NCBI GenBank assembly: GCA_028711995.1
Contig: JAQTRE010000004.1
Coordinates: forward strand, 1 to 60,642
Source: Dehalococcoidia bacterium
Lineage (GTDB): Bacteria > Chloroflexota > Dehalococcoidia > SZUA-161 > SpSt-899
DNA: 60,642 nt
Direction: 5' to 3'
In this document: one piece after another, positions 1-10,173 of the stretch
Numbering within the stretch: position 1 is the first letter of the stretch
How the letters are laid out: every line of letters starts with the position of its first letter
Notes under the pieces: model-generated
Database searches by the model: none
Told to the model about the DNA's origin: nothing
Seen by the model: only the letters and a program-made list of their open reading frames with translations
Made by a program: the position numbers and the translations under genes

Positions 1-872
1 CTGGCTCTCTCTGCCTCATCGGTCATCGCATCCGCATCATAGACGCGCTCGAAAAGGAATTCCCTCAAGGTGTTCATGGCTTCCAGAATTGCAGGACTCA
101 GGAGAATCGCTGGTGGGCTCTCCTCCTCTACCAGACCAGTCACTGCCCACGAATAATCAACCACATCGCTGACCAAGGTATTGATCCTTTTGGAGTGAGA
201 ATCCCCCAGTGTGGAAGTGACTAAACGAGGTAGGTCATCTAGGGTGATCAGGCCAGCCCTCAGAGCATCGTCGATGTCGTGATTGATATACGCGATGGAG
301 TCCGCTATCTTGCAAATCTGTCCTTCAAAGGTAGCGGGAGCATCCCAACATTCTCCCATCAGGCCTTCCCTAGGCTTGGAGTGTTTCAGTATACCCTCTC
401 TGACATCGGTTGTCAAGTTGAGCCCTTCCCCCCCCCTCTCCAGCACTTCAACCACTCTGAGGCTCTGTTCGTTGTGGCGAAAACCGCCCGGCAAAATCTG
501 ATTGAGGACATCTTCCCCCACATGACCAAAGGGCGTGTGGCCCAGATCATGTCCCAGAGATATGGCTTCCGCAAGGTCTTCGTTCAGACGCAATGCTCGT
601 GCGATTGTGCGGGCGATTTGAGAAACCTCAAGGGTATGGGTCAACCGGGTAACGTAGTGGTCACCCATTGGAGCAATGAATACCTGTGTTTTGTGCTTGA
701 GGCGACGGAAGGCTTTGGTGTGGATGATGCGATCCCGGTCGCGCTGGAACTCAGTACGGATAGGAGATGGTTCTTCCGGTTTATCCCGTTTTGCCAGCCT
801 GCTTTGGGCAGCATAAGGCGAAAGGCCTTCTTCCCGTTCCTCAAGCCACTGGCGAATATTGCGACCAGACAT
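1..872 (-). CDS. dgt: dGTP triphosphohydrolase-like HD-domain phosphohydrolase (N-terminal ~290 aa; the gene runs off the window start)
   Basis: Absent from the ORF track because the window edge truncates it. My translation of the minus strand from the ATG at 872-870 reads MSGRNIRQWLEEREEGLSPYAAQSRLAKRDKPEEPSPIRTEFQRDRDRIIHTKAFRRLKHKTQVF..HYVTRLTHTLEVSQIARTIARAL..SLGHDLGHTPFGH..KIADSIAYINHDIDDA. FQRDRDRI, RLTHxLEV and HDxGHxPFGH are Dgt-family HD motifs. The + strand ORF 279..1553 is its antisense shadow. Confidence 0.85.
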   Translation of the reverse strand, partial: MSGRNIRQWLEEREEGLSPYAAQSRLAKRDKPEEPSPIRTEFQRDRDRIIHTKAFRRLKHKTQVFIAPMGDHYVTRLTHTLEVSQIARTIARALRLNEDLAEAISLGHDLGHTPFGHVGEDVLNQILPGGFRHNEQSLRVVEVLERGGEGLNLTTDVREGILKHSKPREGLMGECWDAPATFEGQICKIADSIAYINHDIDDALRAGLITLDDLPRLVTSTLGDSHSKRINTLVSDVVDYSWAVTGLVEEESPPAILLSPAILEAMNTLREFLFERVYDADAMTDEAERA

Positions 873-944
873 CAAACTCTATTATATCGCATTGCAGGGA
901 ATAGGGGCACGGCATGGCCTGCCGTGCCCCTACCGGAATCAAAA

Positions 945-3650
945 CTAATCGTCCAACGCGGCGTGAGCTGCGGCCAGCCTGGCAATCGGCACCCGGAACG
1001 GCGAGCAGCTGACGTAATCCAGCCCCACACGATGGAAGAACTCGATCGACTTCGGATCACCACCGTGCTCACCGCAGACGCCCAGCTTGATACCAGGGCG
1101 AGCCTTCCGGCCTTTCTCCACTGCGATTCGCACCAGCTCACCGACGCCGCTGGCATCCAGAGTCTGGAAGGGGTCCCGCTCAAATATGCCCAGTTCTACA
1201 TATGGCTTAAGGAACTTGCCGGCATCATCTCGGCTGAAGCCGCAACCCATCTGGGTCAAATCGTTGGTGCCGAAACTGAAGAACTCCGCCTCTTTGGCAA
1301 TCTCATCAGCCGTTACTGCCCCACGCGGCACTTCGATCATCGTCCCGATCTTGATCTCGGGAGCCTTCTGACGCTTCTTCTCCGCCTTGACCTGTTCAAA
1401 AACATCCAGCACAATCTTCTTCTGGTGGATAAATTCTTTCACATGGCCCACCAGCGGGATCATGATCTCAGCCTTGGCTCCCTTGACTTCATACGCTGCT
1501 TCGATAATGGCCCTGGCCTGCATCGCGGTGATCTCCGGATAGGTAATGCCTAGCCGGCAACCCCGATGCCCCAACATCGGATTGAACTCAAAGAGTGCGT
1601 CCACCTTCTCCCTGACCTTTTCAGCGCTGATACCCATTGCCTTGGCCATCTCTTTCTGCCCTGCCTCATCATGAGGAACAAACTCATGCAAGGGTGGATC
1701 GAGGAACCGGATGGTTGCCGGACGCCCCTTCAGCGCCTTGAAGATACCGATGAAGTCCTCTCGCTGCAGCGGCAACAACTCTTCCAGGGCCTTCTCTCGG
1801 CCTGCCAGGTCATCAGCCAGGATCATCTTTCGCATGGAAACGATGCGATCACCTTCAAAGAACATGTGCTCGGTTCGGGTCAGACCGATTCCCTCTGCGC
1901 CGAACTTGACGGCGATTTCCGCATCGATCGGCCTATCGGCGTTAGTGCGTACGCCCAGCCTTCGGGTGCTATCGGCAAGCTCCATCAATTTCTTGTACCA
2001 GGGATTCTTTTCCGGTTCTGCGGGAACAACCGGAACCTTGCCCAAGTACACAATTCCTTTAGAGCCATTCAGGCTGATCCAGTCGCCTTCTTTGAGAGTC
2101 TTACCAGCGACTTTAACGGTGCGTGCCTGGTAATCGACATCCAGTTCGCCACAGCCCACGATGCAGCACTTGCCCCATCCGCGAGCCACCAGAGCAGCGT
2201 GACTGGTCATGCCGCCACGAGCCGTCAGGATACCTTCAGCCACATGCATGCCTTCCACGTCTTCCGGGCTGGTTTCAGTGCGAACCAGAATCAGCTTATC
2301 GCCCTTTTTGCCTAATTCATGGGCGCGCTCGCTATTAAGCACAATCTTGCCTATAGCGCCGCCGGGACCGGCCGGGAGACCTTTGGCCAATTTGACAGCC
2401 GTCTTTTCGCCATCAGGATCGAGCATCGGATGCAGGAGTTCATCCAACTGCTCCGGCTTGACGCGCCTAAGTGCCGTTTTCGCATCGATCAGCCCTTCAT
2501 CCAGCATATCCACCGCCATGCGAACTGCCGCCGTACCATTGCGTTTGCCGGAGCGAGTCTGCAACATCCAGAGCCGCCCATGCTCGATGGTAAACTCGAG
2601 GTCCTGCATATCCGTATAGTGCTTTTCAAGCGTATTACGAATATCCACCAGCTGTCGGTAAATATCAGGCATGGCTTCTTCCAGAGAAGGAAGCTTATCG
2701 TTCTGCCCAGGCTGCTTGCAATACTTGTTCAATGCATTCGGTGTGCGGATGCCGGCCACCACGTCCTCACCCTGGGCATTCACCAGCCACTCGCCGTAGA
2801 AATGGGAATCTCCCGTGGCCGGATCGCGAGTAAACGCCACGCCCGTGGCGCTGCCTTCTCCCATATTCCCGAAAACCATCGTCTGAACATTGACCGCGGT
2901 CCCCCATTCCGCTGGAATTCCTTCCACCCTTCGATAGGATACCGCTCTCTTGCCATACCATGACTGGAACACCGCACCGATAGCACCCCAGAGTTGCGCC
3001 CACGGATCATCCGGAAATTCCTTACCCAACACCTCTTTGACTTTCGCCTTGTACTGCTCGCAGAGAGACTTAAGGTCTTGGGCGGTCAGATCGGTATCCA
3101 GCTTGCATCCCCGCTTCTTCTTGAGGGCGTCCATCAGCTTTTCCAACTGAGGACGGACGGCCATTCCCTCATTCTCCGGTTCGATCCCGGACGACTTCTC
3201 CATCACCACATCCGAGTACATGGTGATCAATCGACGATACGCATCATACACAAAGCGCTCGTCCTTGGATTGCGTGATCATGCCGGGGATGGTAAGTTCA
3301 CAAAGCCCCACATTGAGCACGGTCTCCATCATGCCGGGCATGGATTTGCGCGCCCCGCTGCGCACCGAAACCAGAAGAGGATTTTCCGCATCGCCAAAGC
3401 GGCGGCCCATTTCCTTCTCCACCTTTTTCATCGACTTGCGGACCTGGTCCATAACGTCATCAGGGAGTTTGCTTCCTGCCTGGAAATAGGCGGCACTGGT
3501 CTCTGTAGTGATCACGAAACCCGGGGGCACCGGCAACCCCAGGGTTGACATCTCTGCCAGATTGGCACCCTTGCCCCCCAAGAGATTGACCATGCTGGCA
3601 TTCCCTTCTGAAAAATTGTACACCCACTTTGTCGTGCGCGAAGCTGTCAT
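945..3650 (-). CDS. ppdK: pyruvate, phosphate dikinase
   Basis: 901-aa ORF. N-terminus KWVYNFSEG..GGKGANLAEM, phosphohistidine motif GGMTSHAALVARGWGK, C-terminal PEP-utiliser barrel (FFSFGTNDLTQ). Full PPDK architecture. Confidence 0.95.
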   Translation of the reverse strand: MTASRTTKWVYNFSEGNASMVNLLGGKGANLAEMSTLGLPVPPGFVITTETSAAYFQAGSKLPDDVMDQVRKSMKKVEKEMGRRFGDAENPLLVSVRSGARKSMPGMMETVLNVGLCELTIPGMITQSKDERFVYDAYRRLITMYSDVVMEKSSGIEPENEGMAVRPQLEKLMDALKKKRGCKLDTDLTAQDLKSLCEQYKAKVKEVLGKEFPDDPWAQLWGAIGAVFQSWYGKRAVSYRRVEGIPAEWGTAVNVQTMVFGNMGEGSATGVAFTRDPATGDSHFYGEWLVNAQGEDVVAGIRTPNALNKYCKQPGQNDKLPSLEEAMPDIYRQLVDIRNTLEKHYTDMQDLEFTIEHGRLWMLQTRSGKRNGTAAVRMAVDMLDEGLIDAKTALRRVKPEQLDELLHPMLDPDGEKTAVKLAKGLPAGPGGAIGKIVLNSERAHELGKKGDKLILVRTETSPEDVEGMHVAEGILTARGGMTSHAALVARGWGKCCIVGCGELDVDYQARTVKVAGKTLKEGDWISLNGSKGIVYLGKVPVVPAEPEKNPWYKKLMELADSTRRLGVRTNADRPIDAEIAVKFGAEGIGLTRTEHMFFEGDRIVSMRKMILADDLAGREKALEELLPLQREDFIGIFKALKGRPATIRFLDPPLHEFVPHDEAGQKEMAKAMGISAEKVREKVDALFEFNPMLGHRGCRLGITYPEITAMQARAIIEAAYEVKGAKAEIMIPLVGHVKEFIHQKKIVLDVFEQVKAEKKRQKAPEIKIGTMIEVPRGAVTADEIAKEAEFFSFGTNDLTQMGCGFSRDDAGKFLKPYVELGIFERDPFQTLDASGVGELVRIAVEKGRKARPGIKLGVCGEHGGDPKSIEFFHRVGLDYVSCSPFRVPIARLAAAHAALDD

Positions 3651-3803
3651 CTACGGCCTCCTTTTATTCAATCTATCCTTCATCGATGCAAAATCCCTTC
3701 TCGATGGTAGAGTCATTCACGCCAAGGATATAATAATGGTTGTAAGCCGTCAAATTCAATACCCCGCGCTGTTTTGTGCTAGGAAAACTCCTACTATAAG
3801 TCC

Positions 3804-3895
3804 TGATCAACCCCCTCGCCCCCAATCTTGGGGGAAGAAAGAGAATCTGGGGGACACCCCCAACCCCCCGGAAGGGAAGTGTCCCTTCGCCCTCT
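3804..3895. repeat. family C G/C-run repeat
   Basis: tgatcaaccccctcgcccccaatcttgggggaaga.. shares about 32 nt with 16556-16612 (taatcaaccccctaacccccaatcatgggggaaga). Related ccccc..ggggg units lie at about 20858, 38286, 40045, 40640, 41605 and 43005. Confidence 0.7.
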
Positions 3896-4058
3896 TGAAA
3901 ACTGATCACTGATAACTGGATTTGGAATACCCCAGACCTCAGGCAGGAGGAATCCTGTATCTCTTGATCAGAGCTTCCTCAGACTACCTTGTCGCTATCC
4001 TGACTGAGAAACGATATAATATGGCTCACCGGGAAACGATGCTGTTACATTCGAGAAG

Positions 4059-5660
4059 ATGAACTGGAAAACGCTTCAGAAAGCACGGGAAAGACTTGCC
4101 AGAGAACAGGGGACTCTGCTCAAGGATTGGGGCGGCAAAACCAGCATTGCTCTCATCTACCCCAATTCCTACTTTCTGGGCATGTCCAATCTGGGATTTC
4201 AAACCCTCTACGAGCTCCTCAACAGGAACGATTGCATCGTCTGCGAAAGGGTTTTCTGGGAGGGAGATGAGACCGTCTCTCTGGAATCACAAAGGCCGTT
4301 GGGAGACTTCGACGTTCTGGCCTTCTCTTTTTCTTATGAACTCGATTATCTCAACGCCGCCCGGGTTCTGAAATCGAGCTCCATTCCACTCTTCGCCTCC
4401 GAGCGCGGCGAACAACACCCTTTGATCATCGCCGGTGGGGCGGCGGTAACCGCCAATCCGGGGCCGTTGTCATCGATGATCGACTGTTTTGCCATCGGCG
4501 AGGGCGAGGAGATTTTACCGAGGATGACCCAGATCATTCTGGACGGTGTCGACTCTCCCCGAAAAGAGCTGCTCATAGAATTGGCCCGGGTGCCGGGAAT
4601 CTACGTTCCCAGCATCCCCAATCCACCCATAGTTCGCCAATCGGTGGCCAACCTGTCGGAAACGGCCACAACCTCGATCGTGCTGACGCCGGATACTGAG
4701 TTGGGCGATTTGTATCTGATGGAAATTGCGCGGGGTTGTTCATGGGGGTGCCGGTTCTGCCTGGCCGGATTTCACTTCCGTCCCGTGCGATATCGCCCGG
4801 TGGAGAAGATCCTGGAACAGGCCATACAGGGATCGAAATATCGAAAACGCATGGGATTGGTGAGCGCCGCCATCTCCGACCATCCCCAGATCGACGAGCT
4901 TGTGGTCGGACTCAGGAAGCGGGGAATTGAGTTCTCAGTGAGCTCGATAAGGATAAAACCCCTTTCCGACGTCCTTCTCCACGGCCTGGCCGATAGCGGC
5001 ACAAAGACCGTAACGCTGGCCCCTGAAGCCGGCTCCGAGAGATTGCGACAGGTCATCAAGAAAGGCATAACAGAGGACGATATTCTGAAAGCCGCGGATC
5101 GGATTGCCGGGATCGGACTGAGGCAACTTAAGCTCTATTTCATGGTCGGGTTACCAACGGAAACTGATGACGATATATCGGATATCATCAAACTGGCGCT
5201 TGCCGCCAGGGACATCGCCGGGAAGCATCGATCGGGAACCCAACTGACCCTGAATATAACGCCATTCGTGCCCAAGCCGGGAACGCCCTTTCAGTGGCTC
5301 CCGATGGCCACTGCCGATGTGCTCAAGCACCGGCTTTCTATGCTTAAGAAAGGTTTGAATCATAAAGGACTGGAGGTCAAAGCGGATAGCATCGAATGGT
5401 CTCTGATCCAGGGCATGCTTTCGCGAGGGGATTGGCGGATGGGAGAGGTTATCTCCAATTTGCCCCGGGGTTCGCTCTCGGAATGGCAAAAGGCCATGGA
5501 GAAAGCCGGCATTGATCCCGGACGAATCCATCGCGAGATACCTCAAGATGAGCCCCTCTCGTGGTCGATAATAGACTCAGGGATAAAGCCAGCGCATCTC
5601 CGGGCCGAAATGGAAAAGGCGCTCGGAAGTTACGGTGAATCCAACTCTTGCACGAGGTAA
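4059..5660 (+). CDS. B12-binding-like domain / radical SAM protein (TIGR03960-like uncharacterised family)
   Basis: 533 aa. CSWGCRFC (CxxxCxxC) cluster motif after an N-terminal Rossmann-like half (IALIYPNSYFLGMSNLGFQ). Confidence 0.75.
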   Translation: MNWKTLQKARERLAREQGTLLKDWGGKTSIALIYPNSYFLGMSNLGFQTLYELLNRNDCIVCERVFWEGDETVSLESQRPLGDFDVLAFSFSYELDYLNAARVLKSSSIPLFASERGEQHPLIIAGGAAVTANPGPLSSMIDCFAIGEGEEILPRMTQIILDGVDSPRKELLIELARVPGIYVPSIPNPPIVRQSVANLSETATTSIVLTPDTELGDLYLMEIARGCSWGCRFCLAGFHFRPVRYRPVEKILEQAIQGSKYRKRMGLVSAAISDHPQIDELVVGLRKRGIEFSVSSIRIKPLSDVLLHGLADSGTKTVTLAPEAGSERLRQVIKKGITEDDILKAADRIAGIGLRQLKLYFMVGLPTETDDDISDIIKLALAARDIAGKHRSGTQLTLNITPFVPKPGTPFQWLPMATADVLKHRLSMLKKGLNHKGLEVKADSIEWSLIQGMLSRGDWRMGEVISNLPRGSLSEWQKAMEKAGIDPGRIHREIPQDEPLSWSIIDSGIKPAHLRAEMEKALGSYGESNSCTR

Positions 5661-5662
5661 CC

Positions 5663-6328
5663 ATGGACATCGAGCATAATATCCAGGCAATAAAAAGCCG
5701 CATCGCCCGGGCGTGCGAGCGGGCTGGGCGGTCATCGGACGAAATTACCCTGATCGCCATCACCAAAACCGTTGACCCGGCAGCCATCCGCGCTGCCTTT
5801 CAGGCAGGCATCCGGCACTTTGGTGAGAACAGAATCCAGGAAGCACAATCAAAATTTCCCCAGCTGCAGGATGTGAGATCACAGTCCACCTGGCACCTGG
5901 TGGGACATCTCCAGACCAACAAGGCAAAGACAGCAGTAGAGCTTTTTGATATAATCCAGAGTGTCGATTCCCTGAGATTGGCAGAATTTATCAGCCGTCA
6001 TATCGAGCACCCGATTCCTGTATTGCTTGAGGTCAATGCGGGCGGAGAGGCCAGTAAAGGAGGCTTCTCGCCGGTGGAGATATCCTCAACGCTGAAGAGT
6101 CTGCAAGAAATGCCTGCCCTGAAGGTGGAAGGATTGATGACCGTCGCGCCTCTGGTCAGCGACCCGGAAGAAGTCAGGCCGGTGTTTCGCCGACTATGGG
6201 AATTGGGCAACGCGCTGGGACTCAAAGAGCTTTCCATGGGAATGAGCGATGACTTCGAGGTGGCCATTGAAGAGGGCGCTACCATGATACGGGTGGGCCG
6301 GGGAATATTTGGAGAACGGAGGGCTTAA
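5663..6328 (+). CDS. yggS: YggS-family pyridoxal-phosphate homeostasis protein
   Basis: ITLIAITKTV..FGENRIQEA..WHLVGHLQTNKAK..LSMGMSDDFEVAIEEGATMIRVG. The ATG at 5663 (MDIEHN) is preferred over the TTG at 5648, which overlaps the previous gene. Confidence 0.9.
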   Translation: MDIEHNIQAIKSRIARACERAGRSSDEITLIAITKTVDPAAIRAAFQAGIRHFGENRIQEAQSKFPQLQDVRSQSTWHLVGHLQTNKAKTAVELFDIIQSVDSLRLAEFISRHIEHPIPVLLEVNAGGEASKGGFSPVEISSTLKSLQEMPALKVEGLMTVAPLVSDPEEVRPVFRRLWELGNALGLKELSMGMSDDFEVAIEEGATMIRVGRGIFGERRA

Positions 6329-6331
6329 ACG

Positions 6332-7141
6332 ATGAGGATCGCTTTTATCGGCGCGGGGGCGATGGCAGAAGCCATGATATCCGGTCTCGTCAGAAGTGGT
6401 TCCATAAAGGCGGAGGCGATTACGGCCAGCGATGTCAATCCAGCCCGCCTCAAGGCTTTAGAGGAACTCTATGGAATCAAATTCACCACGGACAATCGAA
6501 AGGCAGCCAAGGGCAAGGAGATCGTGGTCCTGGCAATCAAGCCTCAGGTTCTCCCCGCCGTCACACAAGAGCTGAAAGGGGCTTTCAAACCCGACCAGAT
6601 GGTGATTTCGATTGTTGCCGGAGCCAATATCGAAACCCTGCGCCAGCAGATTGATCACAACTGTATCGTTTTGGTCATGCCCAATACCCCGGCGCAGATC
6701 GGGGAAGGAATGAGCGTCTGGACAGCCACCGAAGCGGTGAGCCCCAGGCAGAGAGAAATGACCCGATCCATCCTAGCTGCCCTGGGCAAAGAGTATTATG
6801 TTGCCGATGAGAAGTACCTCGCCATGGCCACAGCAGTAAGCGGGAGCGGCCCAGCTTATATCTTTCTCTTCATCGAAGCGTTGATCGATGCGGCAGTGCA
6901 TATCGGGATGTCACGCGATATGGCATCAGAGCTAGTGCTGCAAACGATGCTGGGTTCCACCCACCTCGCCCAGATCAGCGGAAAACACGTTGCAGAACTT
7001 CGCAACATGGTCACCTCTCCGGGAGGGACGTCTACCGAAGGACTGCTACAGCTTGAAAATGGCGGCCTGCGAGCCATTATTACACAGGCGGTGATTGCCG
7101 CATACGAAAAAGCCAAAAACCGGAGTAAGGAACAGAAATGA
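6332..7141 (+). CDS. proC: pyrroline-5-carboxylate reductase
   Basis: 269 aa. N-terminal Rossmann IAFIGAGAMAEA, C-terminal VTSPGGTSTEGL motif. Classical yggS-proC-yggT neighbourhood. Confidence 0.92.
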   Translation: MRIAFIGAGAMAEAMISGLVRSGSIKAEAITASDVNPARLKALEELYGIKFTTDNRKAAKGKEIVVLAIKPQVLPAVTQELKGAFKPDQMVISIVAGANIETLRQQIDHNCIVLVMPNTPAQIGEGMSVWTATEAVSPRQREMTRSILAALGKEYYVADEKYLAMATAVSGSGPAYIFLFIEALIDAAVHIGMSRDMASELVLQTMLGSTHLAQISGKHVAELRNMVTSPGGTSTEGLLQLENGGLRAIITQAVIAAYEKAKNRSKEQK

Positions 7142-7386
7142 GTTTTCCCCAATTATTTGCATACTTCCTTTGCCAGGTGCTTTCAATTGCCATCTTTGCC
7201 CGGGCCATACTCTCATGGTTTCCGGTGAATCCCGGCAACCAGTTAGTCGCTTTCCTCTATCAAATCACCGAGCCCATACTGGCGACCATGCGGCGGATCA
7301 TCCCGCGGCTTGGCATGTTCGATCTAACCCCGATGATCGTTTTCTTCGTACTGCAAATGACTGCAGGCGTCATCGCCGGGCTGTAA
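7138..7386 (+). CDS. yggT: YggT-family membrane protein
   Basis: 82 aa. ARAILSWFP..ITEPIL..RRIIP..FDLTPMI is the YggT signature. ATGA overlap with proC. Confidence 0.85.
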   Translation: MSFPQLFAYFLCQVLSIAIFARAILSWFPVNPGNQLVAFLYQITEPILATMRRIIPRLGMFDLTPMIVFFVLQMTAGVIAGL

Positions 7387-7390
7387 GAAT

Positions 7391-8959
7391 TCATCTCTTT
7401 TCCCACATCACTTTCCCGCCGATGATGGTCTTTTCTACGGTAATCCCTTTGATCGCTTCCATCGGCACTCCGGTGGGATCAGCGTTCAACACCACCAGAT
7501 CGCCGAGCTTCCCCGGCGCTATGCTGCCCCCGATATTCTCTTGAAAGCAGGCATAAGCTCCTCCCATTGTGTACATCCGGAGCGCCTGATGAGGTGAAAT
7601 CGCTTCTGTGGAAGAAAGGACCTGTCCAGCCTCAGATTTGCGAGTTACAGCGGCGTAGATCCCGATAAGCGGGTTCAGAGGTATGATGGGTGCATCGGAG
7701 CTGAAAGCAAGGGGGATTTGCCTTTCGTGAAACGCCCCGACTCGATAGAGCCACGGCAGAATTCGGCGATCAACCGTTTGCAGATATCTCTCGCCGCCGA
7801 AGTAGAGAAAAGCAGGCTGAGTAACAACGATGGCTTCCACTTTCTTGACTCTCTCAAACAAATGAGGCGGACACTCAGAGCAATGTTCGATCCGGTGGCG
7901 ATGATCGGCCTTTGGCATCCGCCGCTGAGCATACTCGATGGCGCTTATCGCCGCTTCAACCGTGTTCTCTTCAACGGCATGGAGAGCTACCTGGAAACCA
8001 GCTCTATGCGCCTCAAACACCATCTCATTGAGCACCGGTTGAGGCGGATTAAGGGGCCCTCTGATCTCATCGACCTGGATTTTCACCATGCCCAATCGAA
8101 GGTGGTCATCGCCCGCTCCGGCGCCCAGTGATCGCTCCAGAATTCGATCCAATGCCTCAGAATCAAACATCATAGTGATTCGAGATACCAACTTACCTTC
8201 AGCCTTGAGAGTTTGAAACTGTTCCCACTGGTCAACCCCATTGTGCGATGTCGCATCCGCCAGTGAAGTAAGGCCTGATGCCAGCAGGAGTTCGTTGGTC
8301 CGCCTCAACCCTTCATCCACATCCTCTGCGGATAGAGGCGGGATAACCTTCTTGCTGAGGTAGGACTCCATTCCAAAAAGGACTCCGGTGGGTTCTCCCG
8401 TTTCAGCATCTCTATCGATGAGTCCGCCGTCAGGATCAGGAGTCTGGCTGCTTATTCCTGCCATAGAGAGTGCCAGGCTGTTGAGCACAGAGGCGTGTCG
8501 GGTGCGATGGGTCAGCCTGACAGGATGGTCAGTCGCCACCTGATCCAGATCCCGGCGATTCGGATGGCGTTTCTCCTTCAGATAAAACTCGTTATAATCT
8601 GAGGCTTTTACCCAGGACCCTTTCGGAGTCTCTGCTGCTCTCAATGCAATCAGTCGCTGGATATCGGCTATCGAAGAGACGGCCGAGGGACTGCAATCGA
8701 GGCTCAACAAACTGGAAAGCAGCGAAAAGATGTGCAGGTGGGAATCATGAAAGCCCGGGATGACGGTTTTGCCATGGCAATCGATGAGAGTGGTCCGGTC
8801 TCCAGTGAAAGCTCGACAATCGCTGTTGCTGCCAACCGCAATTATTCGATCCCCCTTGATGGCTACAAGCTCCACTCGAGGTTTCAGACCCTCCATGGTA
8901 AGCACATTTGCGTTGAACAGGATGAGGTCAGCGCTATTTGCAGTAGTCATCTTTCTCAC
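7391..8959 (-). CDS. amidohydrolase-3 family (YtcJ-like) metal-dependent hydrolase
   Basis: 522 aa. IPGFHDSHLHI metal motif near the N-terminus, HAVE.., FSSDAP and GSIAPGKLGDLVVL near the C-terminus. Confidence 0.8.
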   Translation of the reverse strand: MRKMTTANSADLILFNANVLTMEGLKPRVELVAIKGDRIIAVGSNSDCRAFTGDRTTLIDCHGKTVIPGFHDSHLHIFSLLSSLLSLDCSPSAVSSIADIQRLIALRAAETPKGSWVKASDYNEFYLKEKRHPNRRDLDQVATDHPVRLTHRTRHASVLNSLALSMAGISSQTPDPDGGLIDRDAETGEPTGVLFGMESYLSKKVIPPLSAEDVDEGLRRTNELLLASGLTSLADATSHNGVDQWEQFQTLKAEGKLVSRITMMFDSEALDRILERSLGAGAGDDHLRLGMVKIQVDEIRGPLNPPQPVLNEMVFEAHRAGFQVALHAVEENTVEAAISAIEYAQRRMPKADHRHRIEHCSECPPHLFERVKKVEAIVVTQPAFLYFGGERYLQTVDRRILPWLYRVGAFHERQIPLAFSSDAPIIPLNPLIGIYAAVTRKSEAGQVLSSTEAISPHQALRMYTMGGAYACFQENIGGSIAPGKLGDLVVLNADPTGVPMEAIKGITVEKTIIGGKVMWEKR

Positions 8960-9296
8960 ACATAAAACAATCTCGACTCAGGCGTCTCTCCAAGGTCAGA
9001 TTACCACCTGGCATGGATATAATCAACGGAACGATTTGTCCTTTTCAGCAAGAGACACAACCCATTCGGTTTGGGAGGCCCATAGACATCTTTTTCTTAT
9101 CTGAGGGCTTTGACCTATTGTGTTGTAGCAAAAAAAATGTTAGAATGCACACCGTTTCACGAACATTTCGAAATTAGATATGCAGTTGATTATCTTGTGC
9201 CGGGGAAAATCGTACAGAAAGGTCATCTCGAAAAGCAGATCGGCGTCATCCCAAAAGTGATTTTCACCTGGATTTGAGTTTAGGAGGACAAAGTAT

Positions 9297-10097
9297 ATGA
9301 AGCTCAGCAATACCGATGATGCCATCAGCCTGGCAATGCAGGGGCGGTGGGAAGAGGCGGTGGCACTTAACCGGAGAATTATTGAGACTTCACCAGATGA
9401 TATCGATGCTCGCAATCGTTTGGGGAAGGCACTGACAGAATTAGGCCGCTATGCCGAATCGAAGCAGTCATACGAACGCGTACTTGAACTGGACCCGACC
9501 AATGCCATCGCCAAAAGGAATATCCAGCGATTATCCCTTCTGAAGAGCGAAGACCGTCCGCCAAAAGAGAGCCCCAAGTTCAATTCCAAGTTTTTCATCG
9601 AAGAGACCGGCAAGGCCAGAATCGTGAGCCTGCAAAAAATAGCCCCAAGAGAGGCCTTGATCAAAATGTCTCCCGGCGACCCCGCCCATCTTCAAATCCG
9701 GGATCAGAGCCTGGTCATAATCAATGATGCCGGTGATTACCTAGGTGAGGTCGAACCCAAGCTGACATCCCGTCTGATTGAGTTAATGGAAGGGGGAAAC
9801 AAATATCAGGCAGCGATCACCAGCCTCAGAGATGACAGGATCAAAGTAATCATCCGGGAGACATTCCAGCATCCCAGCCAGATAGGGCATCTTTCATTCC
9901 CTCCAAGGGTAGTCGAGGAAATGAAGCCCTATTTCAAGAGTAGCCTGGCCAAATACGATGCCGAGGAAGATTTCGCCTCAGAAGCAGATGAAGGCGGCGA
10001 CCTGGAGGGAGAACCAGACCCTCTTTGGGACGATGACACCCAATCTGAAGAGGACGTATCCATTCTCTCCAGTGAGGATGCAGACGCTATCGTGTAA
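9297..10097 (+). CDS. tetratricopeptide-repeat protein with acidic C-terminal tail
   Basis: 266 aa. TPR-like helices (GRWEEAVALNRRIIE..GRYAESKQSYERVLELDP), strong SD (taggagg) upstream, C-terminus rich in D/E. Confidence 0.6.
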   Translation: MKLSNTDDAISLAMQGRWEEAVALNRRIIETSPDDIDARNRLGKALTELGRYAESKQSYERVLELDPTNAIAKRNIQRLSLLKSEDRPPKESPKFNSKFFIEETGKARIVSLQKIAPREALIKMSPGDPAHLQIRDQSLVIINDAGDYLGEVEPKLTSRLIELMEGGNKYQAAITSLRDDRIKVIIRETFQHPSQIGHLSFPPRVVEEMKPYFKSSLAKYDAEEDFASEADEGGDLEGEPDPLWDDDTQSEEDVSILSSEDADAIV

Positions 10098-10173
10098 AAC
10101 GGCCCGTGTTTTATGTAAAGTTATCTAAGGGGACTCTGACTGAGTCTTGAACAGCCCACTAGCCCCCACGTGA

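Noticed and set aside
279-1553. 424-aa + strand ORF.
   Set aside because: It lies antisense to the dgt-like gene and the ppdK 3' end, both of which have strong family motifs. It has no motif of its own.
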